Positions 18,237-27,895 of a stretch of DNA of 45,481 nucleotides are shown one piece after another. Source of the stretch: Nitrospirota bacterium (GTDB lineage Bacteria > Nitrospirota > Thermodesulfovibrionia > UBA6902). How positions within the stretch are numbered: position 1 is the stretch's first letter; the number at the start of each line of letters is the position of its first letter. The stretch covers positions 1-45,481 of the forward strand of contig JBFLVX010000003.1 in NCBI GenBank assembly GCA_040758255.1, in the 5' to 3' direction. Below the pieces are notes generated by a model that made no database searches, was not told the origin of the DNA, and worked only from the letters and a program-made list of their open reading frames with translations. The position numbers were made by a program, and so were the translations under genes.

Positions 18237-19568
18237 TTAATACTGATACTCATACGCCATCTGATCCATGGAATCACTGCGCAGGAGATATTTCACATTA
18301 TCCTCAGCGATCATCTTAAAGGCATGCACGATTATATCTTTATAGAAATCGCAGAAGACCGCCTTCTTGTTGATATTGCCCCGGGAATACATTTCTGCCG
18401 GACAGGGAGAGCCGCAGATATGCCTGAAGTCACATACGTCACACTCTTCAATATTCTCCACCATCCTTGACCGAATTTCTTTGAAGGGTTTTGATTCCAT
18501 CGCCTTTGCGATTGATGTCTTGAAGATGTTTCCGCCTGAGAACTCCTTCATGCCGATAAATTCTCCGCATGGAACCATCGCCCCGTCTGCTGTGACGGTG
18601 AGGAATGTCCTGCCTCCTCCGCATGGAGAGATGTCGCACATCATGCGTCTTGCCGTCGGCGATATGATAGCCAGCAATACGTTTGCAAAGTTGCCGATAA
18701 CGATCTGCTGCTTGGTCTTCTTTGTAAGATCCATCGCTGTCTCAACAGCCTTTATCAGGTTCTGCGCAAAGGCCTTGTCATCAGGCTTCACCATGTCTGT
18801 GCGCTTCTGTGTAACACGGACAGGATTCAGAAGCACCATCGGCACCTTCTTTTTGTGAAGGAATTTAACATGCTCGGAAAGTTTATCTACGTTGTATTTG
18901 TTAACCGTGCAGATTACATTAAGGCCTTCATATCCCTTAAACCAGTCGATCGCCTGCATAGCCTTCTTGAAATTCCCCTCGCCCTTTCTTGAAATGCGGG
19001 AGCGGTTATTCACCTCGGCAGTGGACGCGTCAAGTGAAATGCCGATGCCCACGCGATACTTCTTTATAAAATCAACATCCTCTTTTTCCAGCAAAAGCGC
19101 GTTGGTCTGTATGCCGAAGAGCATCTTTTTGTGATACTTCCTGATCGCGCCGAAGAGAATATCTTTCACAAGAAGCGGCTCGGCAGCATGAAAGACTATC
19201 ACGGGTTTCTTCTTCGCGCCCTTAAAATGATCCTCAACCTTGCTGAGGACAGTATCAAGTTGTTCAGCAGTCATCTGCGTTCCCTCCCGCCTTATCTTTG
19301 AAGGTATGTAGCAGTACGGGCAGTTGGCATTGCACCTGTCTGTAGGGTCAATGTATACGCAGTTCAAAGGCTCATTGAACCTGAAGTTATACATCTCAGT
19401 ATCGAGATGCTTCATCTCTTTTTTGTAAAGGTCTATCAAATTCTGGGGAAGCGTGAAGTCGCCGTTCTTCCTCGGCAGTACGCTCCAAAATATATTGTCA
19501 GGATCAAGCGCCAGTTTCCAGTCAGCATCAATATCAGAGAATGAGAGTCCGCGGTTATTTTGTTTCAT
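18237..19568 (-). CDS. cbpB: Peptide-modifying radical SAM/SPASM enzyme, CbpB-like
   Basis: Start moved to ATG 19568 (AGGAG RBS; the longer ORF runs through repeats); LDPDNIFW, CNANCPYC, SPASM CDISPCGGG/PCGEF/CDVCDFRHICGSPC. Confidence 0.8.
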   Translation of the reverse strand: MKQNNRGLSFSDIDADWKLALDPDNIFWSVLPRKNGDFTLPQNLIDLYKKEMKHLDTEMYNFRFNEPLNCVYIDPTDRCNANCPYCYIPSKIRREGTQMTAEQLDTVLSKVEDHFKGAKKKPVIVFHAAEPLLVKDILFGAIRKYHKKMLFGIQTNALLLEKEDVDFIKKYRVGIGISLDASTAEVNNRSRISRKGEGNFKKAMQAIDWFKGYEGLNVICTVNKYNVDKLSEHVKFLHKKKVPMVLLNPVRVTQKRTDMVKPDDKAFAQNLIKAVETAMDLTKKTKQQIVIGNFANVLLAIISPTARRMMCDISPCGGGRTFLTVTADGAMVPCGEFIGMKEFSGGNIFKTSIAKAMESKPFKEIRSRMVENIEECDVCDFRHICGSPCPAEMYSRGNINKKAVFCDFYKDIIVHAFKMIAEDNVKYLLRSDSMDQMAYEYQY

Positions 19569-19584
19569 TGATTTTCTCCTTGTT

Positions 19585-19763
19585 CTGTCATTCCGGGCTT
19601 GACCCGGAATCCAGTTTTTTAGATAATTTTTGTACCACTCCTGTAAAAACAGAAATCCACCCTTCGACAGGCTCAGGGTGACTTCGTATGTCATGGTGAG
19701 CTTGTCGAACCATGGATTCCCGTTTTCACGGGAATGACAGCAGGGGCACGCCGTGCCCCTGCT
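19585..19763. repeat. Nested REP-like palindromes in the peptide-rSAM spacer
   Basis: ctgtcattcc...ggaatgacag outer inverted repeat; cttcgacaggctcag...gagcttgtcgaa inner element; agcaggggcacg-c-cgtgcccctgct hairpin. Confidence 0.8.
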
Positions 19764-19771
19764 CTTAAATC

Positions 19772-19900
19772 CTACAACGGCATCTTCTTTTTAGGCACGT
19801 CTCCGTACATGACGAAATGAGTCAGGCCGTTAGCGGTCTTGGCGCACTTCATGTGATAAGAGATGGCCTGAACTTTTTTTGCCTTGTTCGCCTTCTTCAA
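19772..19900 (-). CDS. cbpA: 42-aa precursor peptide, CbpA-like (MKKANKAKKVQAISYHMKCAKTANGLTHFVMYGDVPKKKMPL); absent from the ORF track
   Basis: TTG start 5 nt after the cobD stop, with AGGAGGT RBS; Cys-x5-GLTHF core; directly upstream of the SPASM rSAM gene. Confidence 0.75.
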   Translation of the reverse strand: MKKANKAKKVQAISYHMKCAKTANGLTHFVMYGDVPKKKMPL

Positions 19901-19905
19901 ATAAT

Positions 19906-21018
19906 TCACCTCCTTTCTTTACCAGATTTTATGTCGGAAAGTTCCCTTAACAGCATTTCGTTATCGCCTCGTGATTTAACAGCAACCCTGATATAAGAGC
20001 TGCCAAGCCCTCTGAAGTTTGAACAATCTCTGACAAGGATGCCTTTTTCTCTCAGGCCTGAAACTATTCTTTCAGAGTTTTTTTCTTTCAATAAATAATA
20101 ATTCACACTTGACGGCAAGTACTCAACATTTAATTCCTGAAAACTCTTTTCGAGAAATTCTTTTTCTCTCTTTATCAATTCATGTGTTTTAGCAGCATAT
20201 TCATAATCTGCGAGAGCGGCGATTGCCGTCTTTTGGGCAAGGTTATTTACTGTCCACGGTTCTTTGAATTGCCTGATCTTATTAATTGAATCCTTATGAA
20301 AAACCCCGTACCCGATCCTTAATCCTGTAAGCGCATAAAACTTTGTCATTGACCGAAGAACTATCAAATATGGGTTCTCCTGAACATCCTGAATCACCGA
20401 TTCTTCAGGAACAAAATCAATGAACGCCTCATCAACAACAAGATAACATTTCATCTTCCTTGCCGCCTCGGCAATCGCAAGTACCTTGTCTCTCTTTAAA
20501 AGATGTCCTGTTGGGTTGTTAGGGTTGCAGAGGAAAATGAGTTGAGAGTTAAAAGAAAGAGCCTCGATTGTGGATATGAATTCGTCAGCGATTATCCTGA
20601 AGCTATTTTCTTCTTTTAACTCATAACTCTCAACTCTTAACTCCGAACTCAATCTGCACGCCCTCTCATATTCTGAAAATGTCGGCGTAGGGATGAGAAC
20701 GGTCTTAGGCTTTAGCGCGCGCGGAATTAGATAAATAAGCTCCGTACTCCCGTTGCCGCAGATGATCGTCTCAGGGTCAATGTCATGATATTCGGCAATC
20801 TTATGCCTCAGCATCTTTGTATCGGGATCGGGATAATTAACCAGACTGTTCAACTCCCTCTTTATCACGTCCTTCACCTTCTCTGAAATGCCGAGAGGAT
20901 TGATGGATGCGCTGAAGTCAATGAGCTTCTCTGCAGGGATACCGATCTCTTCCGCAATCCTGTAGATATTGCCGCCATGCTCAGATAAGTTTTGAGTTGT
21001 GGTTTTCTCTTTAATCAT
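19906..21018 (-). CDS. cobD: L-threonine-O-3-phosphate decarboxylase
   Basis: HGGN, DFSASINPLG, CNPNNPTG, VDEAF, RSMTKFYAL.GLR.GY. Confidence 0.9.
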   Translation of the reverse strand: MIKEKTTTQNLSEHGGNIYRIAEEIGIPAEKLIDFSASINPLGISEKVKDVIKRELNSLVNYPDPDTKMLRHKIAEYHDIDPETIICGNGSTELIYLIPRALKPKTVLIPTPTFSEYERACRLSSELRVESYELKEENSFRIIADEFISTIEALSFNSQLIFLCNPNNPTGHLLKRDKVLAIAEAARKMKCYLVVDEAFIDFVPEESVIQDVQENPYLIVLRSMTKFYALTGLRIGYGVFHKDSINKIRQFKEPWTVNNLAQKTAIAALADYEYAAKTHELIKREKEFLEKSFQELNVEYLPSSVNYYLLKEKNSERIVSGLREKGILVRDCSNFRGLGSSYIRVAVKSRGDNEMLLRELSDIKSGKERR

Positions 21019-22067
21019 AGAATGTTCCTCATATACAGCAGTATCAACGCAAGACCAAATCCAAACAGAGAGGTAATTTTAACAATGGATATGGCATTCT
21101 CTGAAGCATTGCTATACATTTCTTTAACTCCTGACTTTTCCTCGCCTATGTAAGGTTTCTCAACGAGCATCCCAGCGTAAAATGAAGGGCCTCCGAGCCT
21201 GACACCGAGCGCCCCAGCCATTGCAGCCTCCGGGATCCCGCTGTTCGGGCTTAAATGTTTCCTGCCGTCGCGGAGTAAAATGTTCAAACTGTTTGAACAT
21301 TTTAAGCCGGTTGAACGATTTGAACCGATATTCAGAACACGCATTAACTTGTTGATTGAGCTTAATATGGTTGTCGCAATAATTATTAGAGCCCCTGTTA
21401 TCCTAGCAGGGATAAAATTGACGACATCATCAAGCCTCGCAGAGGCCCATCCGAAGTTCTTGTACTTCTCATTCCTGTATCCAACCATTGAATCAAGCGT
21501 GTTGACCGCCTTGTAAGCCATAGCCAGCGGCAAGCCGCCAATGGCGAAGTAGAACATTGGGGCGATTATTCCGTCTGAAGCATTTTCAGAAAGCGTCTCG
21601 ATAACCGCCTTCAATACGCCTTTGTCGTCCAGTTCTTTTGTGTCCCTGCCGACGATCATACTAAGCTTTCTTCTCGCGCCTTCCTTATCCCCTCGATTCA
21701 CGGCGTCAATTACAGCCTTGCCGGATTTAACAAGGTCATTTATTGCGAGAGTCGTTGATGTGAGATATATAAGGATCGCGAAAAACAAATACGAAATGAG
21801 AAACGGGAAGCGGGAAGTAAGAAGTAGAGAATTAAGCGCATAAAATATTGAATATGTTGCTCCAACAATTATTATTACAAGGAGAATGCCCGCAAGCTTC
21901 TCTTTCAGTCTGTGTTCTGTGTTCTGTGTTCTACGCTCTCTTCTCAATACTTCCTCCATTTTTTCAATTCCCCATCCGATAAACCTCACGGGATGCGGCA
22001 GCCAATGGGGGTCGCCGATAAGCAGGTCCAATATGTATGCTCCCGTCAGGATTACCACCTCTGTCAT
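21015..22067 (-). CDS. cbiB: Adenosylcobinamide-phosphate synthase
   Basis: GDP...PHPV, IVGRDT, ENASDG, NTLDSMVGY, SPNSG. Confidence 0.92.
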   Translation of the reverse strand: MTEVVILTGAYILDLLIGDPHWLPHPVRFIGWGIEKMEEVLRRERRTQNTEHRLKEKLAGILLVIIIVGATYSIFYALNSLLLTSRFPFLISYLFFAILIYLTSTTLAINDLVKSGKAVIDAVNRGDKEGARRKLSMIVGRDTKELDDKGVLKAVIETLSENASDGIIAPMFYFAIGGLPLAMAYKAVNTLDSMVGYRNEKYKNFGWASARLDDVVNFIPARITGALIIIATTILSSINKLMRVLNIGSNRSTGLKCSNSLNILLRDGRKHLSPNSGIPEAAMAGALGVRLGGPSFYAGMLVEKPYIGEEKSGVKEMYSNASENAISIVKITSLFGFGLALILLYMRNIL

Positions 22068-23677
22068 AATTTACCCTTTGTTATGCAATGTTCCATCCCG
22101 ACCTGCCTGAGCATAAAACAGATGTCAACACTGCTCTTTAAAACATCCGCCCATTTATTGATCGCTTCCTCTTTTTCCGCCTGATAGTTAAAGCCGGATT
22201 GGGACTGAAGCCCTTTCCGTTCCCTAAGTGAATTCAACAACGCAGTGCGGAATTCATCGTTATCAAAGATGCCGTGTATGTACGTGCCCCAGACGTTTCC
22301 TTTAATTGAACCATCGGAGATTGAACGGTTTAAACCGTTTGAACCGTTTAAACGGTTAATCCTGAACAATCCAATATCACCTGTTGTCTGGCCCATATGT
22401 ATTTCATAGCCCTTCAATGAATTCTTATCACTCTTAACTCCTAACTCTAAACTCTGAACTATTTCCCCTTCCACCTGACATGTTGTCTTTGCCTTGTCGT
22501 AAGTTGTTTCAATATCAAGAAGCCCGAATCCTGCGATTTCTTTATGACCGCTTTCAACGCCGTGCGGGTCATAAATCTTTTTGCCAAGCATCTGATAGCC
22601 GCCGCAGATACCGGCAAGAGGGATGTCTTTTTCTGCAGCGGATTTCACACATGCCTCTATTCCGCTCTCTCTCAATAGAAGCAAATCGCTAACCGTATTC
22701 TTTGAGCCGGGGATTATAATGAGGTCGGCGTTTTGGATGTCATCTTCCCGCAGAGAATATTTCAGCTCAATATCTGGCTCATGGAGAAACGGTGCGAAGT
22801 CCGTGAAGTTTGAGATGTACTTTAACCGCAGGACAACAACTTTAATTGTTTTAAACGCTGAACGCTGAACGCTGAATGCTGAACGCCTTTCAAGCGACAA
22901 TCCATCCTCTTCATCAAGCCGCAGGTCAGGTTGATGGTACAAGGTGCCGATGACAAGCTTGCCTGTCTTATGCTCAATCATCCTCAATCCCGGACGGAGA
23001 ATATCCATATCGCCCCTGAACTTATTTACGATAAATCCCTTGATGTAATCGGCATCGGATAATTCCCCTCTATCAAGAGGAGTTAGGGGTGTGTTCCCCA
23101 CTTTAGCAAAGGGGGGCAAGGGGGGATTTTTCAACAACTCCACTGTCCCGTAAAAAGCTGCAAAGACACCCCCTTTATCTATATCTCCAACGAGGATCAC
23201 GGGGGCATCGGCATAACGCGCCATTCTCATATTCACAACATCTTCTCTCGTGAGATTGATCTCTGCCGGACTGCCCGCGCCTTCGATCACAATGAGGTCA
23301 TATTGTTTTGAAAGCCTGTCATATGCCGCAGTGATTACTTCCCATACTTTATCTTTAATTGAATAATATTCCTGCGCCTTCATAGAGGCATGCACCTTGC
23401 CGTTTAATATCACCTGACATCCTGCCTCGCCAGTTGCTTTGAGCAGCACAGGGTTCATGTCGTTTGACGGCTCGATGCCTGCGGCTTCAGCCTGAAACGC
23501 CTGCGCCCGTCCGATCTCTCCGCCCTCTTTTGTGATGAAGGAATTGAGCGCCATGTTCTGCGCCTTAAAGGGAGCGACCTTGATGCCCATGTCCCTGAAT
23601 ATCCTGCAGAGGCCTGCAACGATGACGCTCTTGCCCGCGCCGGAACCTGTTCCCTGTATCATTAATGCTTTAGCCAT
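22064..23677 (-). CDS. cobQ: Cobyric acid synthase
   Basis: GTGSGAGKS, FKAQNM, EGAGSPAE, ISNFTD, GICGGYQMLG, GYEIH, GTYIHG. Confidence 0.93.
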   Translation of the reverse strand: MAKALMIQGTGSGAGKSVIVAGLCRIFRDMGIKVAPFKAQNMALNSFITKEGGEIGRAQAFQAEAAGIEPSNDMNPVLLKATGEAGCQVILNGKVHASMKAQEYYSIKDKVWEVITAAYDRLSKQYDLIVIEGAGSPAEINLTREDVVNMRMARYADAPVILVGDIDKGGVFAAFYGTVELLKNPPLPPFAKVGNTPLTPLDRGELSDADYIKGFIVNKFRGDMDILRPGLRMIEHKTGKLVIGTLYHQPDLRLDEEDGLSLERRSAFSVQRSAFKTIKVVVLRLKYISNFTDFAPFLHEPDIELKYSLREDDIQNADLIIIPGSKNTVSDLLLLRESGIEACVKSAAEKDIPLAGICGGYQMLGKKIYDPHGVESGHKEIAGFGLLDIETTYDKAKTTCQVEGEIVQSLELGVKSDKNSLKGYEIHMGQTTGDIGLFRINRLNGSNGLNRSISDGSIKGNVWGTYIHGIFDNDEFRTALLNSLRERKGLQSQSGFNYQAEKEEAINKWADVLKSSVDICFMLRQVGMEHCITKGKL

Positions 23678-23680
23678 AGT

Positions 23681-24280
23681 TCACACGATAAAATTAATAT
23701 TTTTGACTACCGGATAATCCCACATCTCAATAATATTCAGACATCCGTAATCCTGTTCAACCCTGAATATATTCTCAAGCGGGATGCCTAACAGATGGCA
23801 GAGGATAACCCTGTTTATGCCGCCGTGAGAAACGATCGCAATATTGTCTCCTTTATGTTTTTCAATAATCTCATTGAAGATCTTCACCGCCCTGTCTCTC
23901 ACATCAACCGTGTTTTCACCATTTATCGGGCTGAACTCCAACGGGTTAGCTGCCCAAGCGTTAAATGCATCAGGCCACTTCTCCCTTATCTCATCAAAAG
24001 ACATCCCTTCCCATAAACCAAAATTCCGTTCTCTCAGTTCAGGCATGATTATTGGTTTTAACCCATGTGCTTCAGCGATAATTTCCGCGCTCTTTACAGC
24101 GCGTGAAAGGTCAGAGCAGTATAGAGCGTCTAATGATCCTGTCTTGACAAGATATCCTGCAACTCTCTTAATCTGTTCGATCCCGTTCGCGGACAAGGGC
24201 ACATCAATGTGCCCTTTGTATCTTTTCGTCTCCGCGCCCTCTGTCTCTCCGTGCCGGATCAGATAAATTTTTTTGACCAT
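23681..24280 (-). CDS. cobC: Alpha-ribazole phosphatase (histidine phosphatase)
   Basis: RHGET, SDL.RA, LRE.NFG.WEG, SHGG; operon context. Confidence 0.85.
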   Translation of the reverse strand: MVKKIYLIRHGETEGAETKRYKGHIDVPLSANGIEQIKRVAGYLVKTGSLDALYCSDLSRAVKSAEIIAEAHGLKPIIMPELRERNFGLWEGMSFDEIREKWPDAFNAWAANPLEFSPINGENTVDVRDRAVKIFNEIIEKHKGDNIAIVSHGGINRVILCHLLGIPLENIFRVEQDYGCLNIIEMWDYPVVKNINFIV

Positions 24281-25050
24281 ATCACCATACCCATTAAAAA
24301 TAATATCTCCGAAATTTCCGAGACCGCTCCGAATGTGTCGCCAGTCATGCCGCCGAAATTTTTGCCGGAGAATCGGACGGCGATAAGGCTGAAGAAATAA
24401 AGTACCGGCAACGCAACTAAAAACTGAAAACTAAAAACTGAAAACTGCGAACTTCGTCCGGCAGCAACCAGCGCAGCAAGTAGAATGAACAATACTGAAG
24501 CAGAGGCCGTTATGAGTTCCTTTACTCTGGTATGCTCAATGAATATCCTCCCGAGTCCATCCTGCCTCGCTGACCTGCCATGAAAGATCGCTGTGACCAT
24601 AGCCCATCGTGAGAAAACAGGCATCAGAAATATTGACAAATAATAGATGTCAAGCGATATGTTGAATGCCGCGTTCAGAAATAGATACTTCAGCAGTATC
24701 GCAAAGACTATCGCTATAACGCCGAAGGGCCCGACAGCGCTGTCTTTCATGATCGCCAGTTTTTTCTCTTTATCCTTTCTCGATGCTATAGCGTCAAACG
24801 TATCCGCAAGCCCGTCAAGGTGAAGCCCTCCGTTGATTATTATCATCAGAAGCAGAACAAGTCCGCTTGAGACCTCAACAGGAAAAACTTTCAGGAATAA
24901 TGCGGATAACATTACAAGTAATATTCCCTGCATCGCTCCGACAAGAGGAAAGAACGCCGTTGTTTTCCCGATCTCCTTTTCTGACAGATCGCCCATATCT
25001 CTTAAAGGAATAATCGTCAGAAACTGAAATGCAAGCAAAAGTTTATTCAT
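24259..25050 (-). CDS. cobS: Adenosylcobinamide-GDP ribazoletransferase
   Basis: FLT.IP, GGLHLDGLADTFD, MKDS.VG, GG.TGD..GA. Confidence 0.92.
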   Translation of the reverse strand: MNKLLLAFQFLTIIPLRDMGDLSEKEIGKTTAFFPLVGAMQGILLVMLSALFLKVFPVEVSSGLVLLLMIIINGGLHLDGLADTFDAIASRKDKEKKLAIMKDSAVGPFGVIAIVFAILLKYLFLNAAFNISLDIYYLSIFLMPVFSRWAMVTAIFHGRSARQDGLGRIFIEHTRVKELITASASVLFILLAALVAAGRSSQFSVFSFQFLVALPVLYFFSLIAVRFSGKNFGGMTGDTFGAVSEISEILFLMGMVIWSKKFI

Positions 25051-25083
25051 TTCTTAACTCTTTTAACTCATAACTCCCAACTC

Positions 25084-26142
25084 TCAACTTTTCTCTGACA
25101 CCCCTGCCTCTCCGAATGTCGCCATCTCTTTGTAAATCTTCAATCCCGCATCTATGACGAGCATGGCCAAAGCCGCGCCTGTTCCTTCGCCAAGCCTGAG
25201 GTCAAGATCAAGAACAGGCCTCAATCCTATCTTCTCAAGCATCGCTTTGTGTCCGACTTCCTGCGACATGTGCGCTGAGAACATATAGTCTCTTGCCTTC
25301 GGCTCAATGGAAAACGCGATGAGCGCTCCGGCAGTTGAGATGAAGCCGTCAATAACAACCGGCACCTTGTTTGCCGCAGCGCCGATGATCAGCCCGGCGA
25401 TTCCGGCAATCTCCGCGCCGCCTACTTTTGATAGCACATCAATGGCGTCTGAAGGATTGGGCTTGTTCAGTGCTATCGCATCTTTAATAACCTGCACCTT
25501 ATGTTTCCATGTGTCGTCATTTATCCCTGTTCCTCTTCCGGTTATCTCTTCAACTGATCTTCCGGTAAGAACTGCGGCGATTGCGCTTGAAGGTGTTGTA
25601 TTTGCAATCCCCATATCTCCGGTTCCGAATATTCTGTAGCCTTTTTTTACGTACTCATTTGCAAGCTCAATCCCGACGCTGATGCATTTCAAGGCTTCGT
25701 CACGTGTCATCGCAGGCTCTTTCCTCATGTTCTTTGTGCCTGATACGATTTTTCGTGATACGAAGAAATTATTTTTGATATCACCGAAATCATAATCAAC
25801 CCCCATGTCTACTACAACAACATCCGCGCCTGCGTGCCTTGCGAGCACATTAATGCCTGCGCCGCCGTTAAGAAAATTAAGCACCATCTGAGGCGTCACC
25901 GCCTTTGGAAATGCGGATACGCCTTCATCCGCAACGCCATGATCTCCCGCGAAAGTGAAGACAACCTTTTTATCAAGCTCGGGCATAGTCGCCTCAGTGA
26001 TCGAGACGACCTGTTTTGCAAACTCCTCAAGCCTGCCGAGGCTTCCCTGCGGTTTTGTCAGGCTGTCGAGCCGCTTCTGCGCCTGCTCGATGAATTTGCC
26101 GTTGACTGATGTAATGTTTAAAAGTGCTGCTTTTAATTCCAT
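25084..26142 (-). CDS. cobT: Nicotinate-nucleotide:DMB phosphoribosyltransferase
   Basis: [35 protein letters not shown]. Confidence 0.93.
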   Translation of the reverse strand: MELKAALLNITSVNGKFIEQAQKRLDSLTKPQGSLGRLEEFAKQVVSITEATMPELDKKVVFTFAGDHGVADEGVSAFPKAVTPQMVLNFLNGGAGINVLARHAGADVVVVDMGVDYDFGDIKNNFFVSRKIVSGTKNMRKEPAMTRDEALKCISVGIELANEYVKKGYRIFGTGDMGIANTTPSSAIAAVLTGRSVEEITGRGTGINDDTWKHKVQVIKDAIALNKPNPSDAIDVLSKVGGAEIAGIAGLIIGAAANKVPVVIDGFISTAGALIAFSIEPKARDYMFSAHMSQEVGHKAMLEKIGLRPVLDLDLRLGEGTGAALAMLVIDAGLKIYKEMATFGEAGVSEKS

Positions 26143-26164
26143 TGCGTTCTCCTTTTTGTTGTTT

Positions 26165-26689
26165 TTATCCTTTTATCTTTATCGGTATCCCGGCTGTTAC
26201 CAAATAAACCTCATCTGAGATCTCCGCGACCTTCTGATTTACATATCCCGCCGCATCCCTGAACCTCCTCGCAAGTTCGTTCTCAGGCACAATGCCCATG
26301 CCGACCTCGTTAGAGACGATAAAGAGTTTCGGGGTTTCGGGTTTCGGGTTTATTAAAACATCTATTAAATCATCTGTCTCTTTACCGAAATTCATATCGC
26401 CGCAAATCAAATTCGACAGCCAGAGTGTCAGGCAATCAAGCACGATAACGCTGTACTTATCCTTAATATCCGCAATAATCTCAGGCACCTTCAGCGGCTC
26501 TTCAAAAGTATCCCAGTCAGCGCCGCGTTCGTCTTTATGTTTCCTGATGCGCTCCTTCATCTCATCATCAAGCGCCTGAGCAGTGGCGATGTGAGCCTTT
26601 TGCCCTTTGATCTTCGCTGCCTCTCTCAACGCAAAAGAGCTCTTTCCGCTCCTCGTCCCGCCTATGACAAAGGTGATTCTGGATTCCAT
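26165..26689 (-). CDS. cobU: Adenosylcobinamide kinase/guanylyltransferase
   Basis: GG.RSGKS, RI..H...R, DCLTLW.SN, NEVG.GIVP. Confidence 0.93.
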   Translation of the reverse strand: MESRITFVIGGTRSGKSSFALREAAKIKGQKAHIATAQALDDEMKERIRKHKDERGADWDTFEEPLKVPEIIADIKDKYSVIVLDCLTLWLSNLICGDMNFGKETDDLIDVLINPKPETPKLFIVSNEVGMGIVPENELARRFRDAAGYVNQKVAEISDEVYLVTAGIPIKIKG

Positions 26690-27894
26690 TATCTTCCTTC
26701 CCGGTTAATCAAAGAAAATAATACCGCGTCAACCTCATCTATCAGCTCTTTGAACATCCCGCCGTGGCTTTTGGAGTCTGAAAACAACTCAAGCCTTTTA
26801 TCTTTAATCCTCTCGTCATCACATCTTTCATAGGTGATATGGCCCTTCTGCATAGCCTGTCTTTCAAGCAGCAGAAGTTTCTTGGCCTTTTCAATAAAAG
26901 GAATGAGCATCTCCATGATTCTTTTTATCTCATTGTCCGCGCTCTTCTCTTTTGTAATTTCCTTAATCATGATGTACAGAGTGTTGTACTCAAGCCCTCT
27001 TACGCCGCGTCTCCATTGCAGGAGCATAGGGTTTCTCCAGAACCAGAGAAAGTTCCGCTTGCCGAATATGATGAGTTCGTTTACCGTTCTTTCAAGCTCA
27101 ACAGTAAGTTTGGAGTTTACCTCCAAGCTTCCGCGCTTCCGCGCTTCCGCGTTAGCTTGAGACCCTCCAAGATATGTCCAAAGATTTGTTAAGACTGCCG
27201 CTCCATTCATATCATCCGGCGTGTCAAAATGCACGAGTGACAAGATCACTTTGCCTTTTCCATAACTGCCCTCAATTATTGAAGGCTCTCCTATCAGCCT
27301 CTCCGGATCAAGATTTATCCGGTAAATCTCTTCATGCTCTTTCCAGCCGCCATTAGCTTCTGTGTCCCCGACATTAAGGTCAGAGCTGAATGAATCAGGC
27401 AGCGCCTTCCCATATGAGGCAAGCACTTTAATTTCCTTGTCTTCAACATCAAACTGAGAAGGCCACCAGGCATGGAAAATATTTGAACCCTGATCCAGCC
27501 ATATCTGATGCTCATTTATATTCAGCTCTATCCTGCCGCTAAAGCTCGGCACTCTCTCTTTGGTGGGCCTTCTTTTTACATTCAACAGCCCGATGCCGCC
27601 TTCAGCCTTTGTTGCTAATCCTGCGCCTCCGCAGAAACCTAAATAGTTCCCTCCGTTCGCTACAAAATGTTGGATCGCGCTTCTTCCGGCTTCTCCAAGC
27701 GCCTTGCCCTTATTGGATGCCCATCCGCCCGGCACAAAAAGCATCCCATATTTATCAAGCGCGCCTCTCTTTATATCTTCCGCCCTTATCAGATCAAAAG
27801 GCAGGCCAAGTCCCTTCAGCGCCTTATAAGCCATAATGCCCCATAGAAAAGATTCATCCCACAAAAAAGCGGCTTTCTTTGTCCCGGTCTTCAT
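26689..27894 (-). CDS. BPL-N / class I glutamine-amidotransferase-like domain protein of unknown function
   Basis: LFVPGG, F...GG.YLGFCGGAG nucleophile elbow, YGKGKV.LS..H. Confidence 0.65.
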   Translation of the reverse strand: MKTGTKKAAFLWDESFLWGIMAYKALKGLGLPFDLIRAEDIKRGALDKYGMLFVPGGWASNKGKALGEAGRSAIQHFVANGGNYLGFCGGAGLATKAEGGIGLLNVKRRPTKERVPSFSGRIELNINEHQIWLDQGSNIFHAWWPSQFDVEDKEIKVLASYGKALPDSFSSDLNVGDTEANGGWKEHEEIYRINLDPERLIGEPSIIEGSYGKGKVILSLVHFDTPDDMNGAAVLTNLWTYLGGSQANAEARKRGSLEVNSKLTVELERTVNELIIFGKRNFLWFWRNPMLLQWRRGVRGLEYNTLYIMIKEITKEKSADNEIKRIMEMLIPFIEKAKKLLLLERQAMQKGHITYERCDDERIKDKRLELFSDSKSHGGMFKELIDEVDAVLFSLINREGR

Positions 27895-27895
27895 T

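Noticed and set aside
19569-19694. Long N-terminus of the rSAM ORF (MTYEVTLSLSKG...WIPGQARND)
   Set aside because: It is a translation of palindromic repeats; a good RBS precedes ATG 19568.
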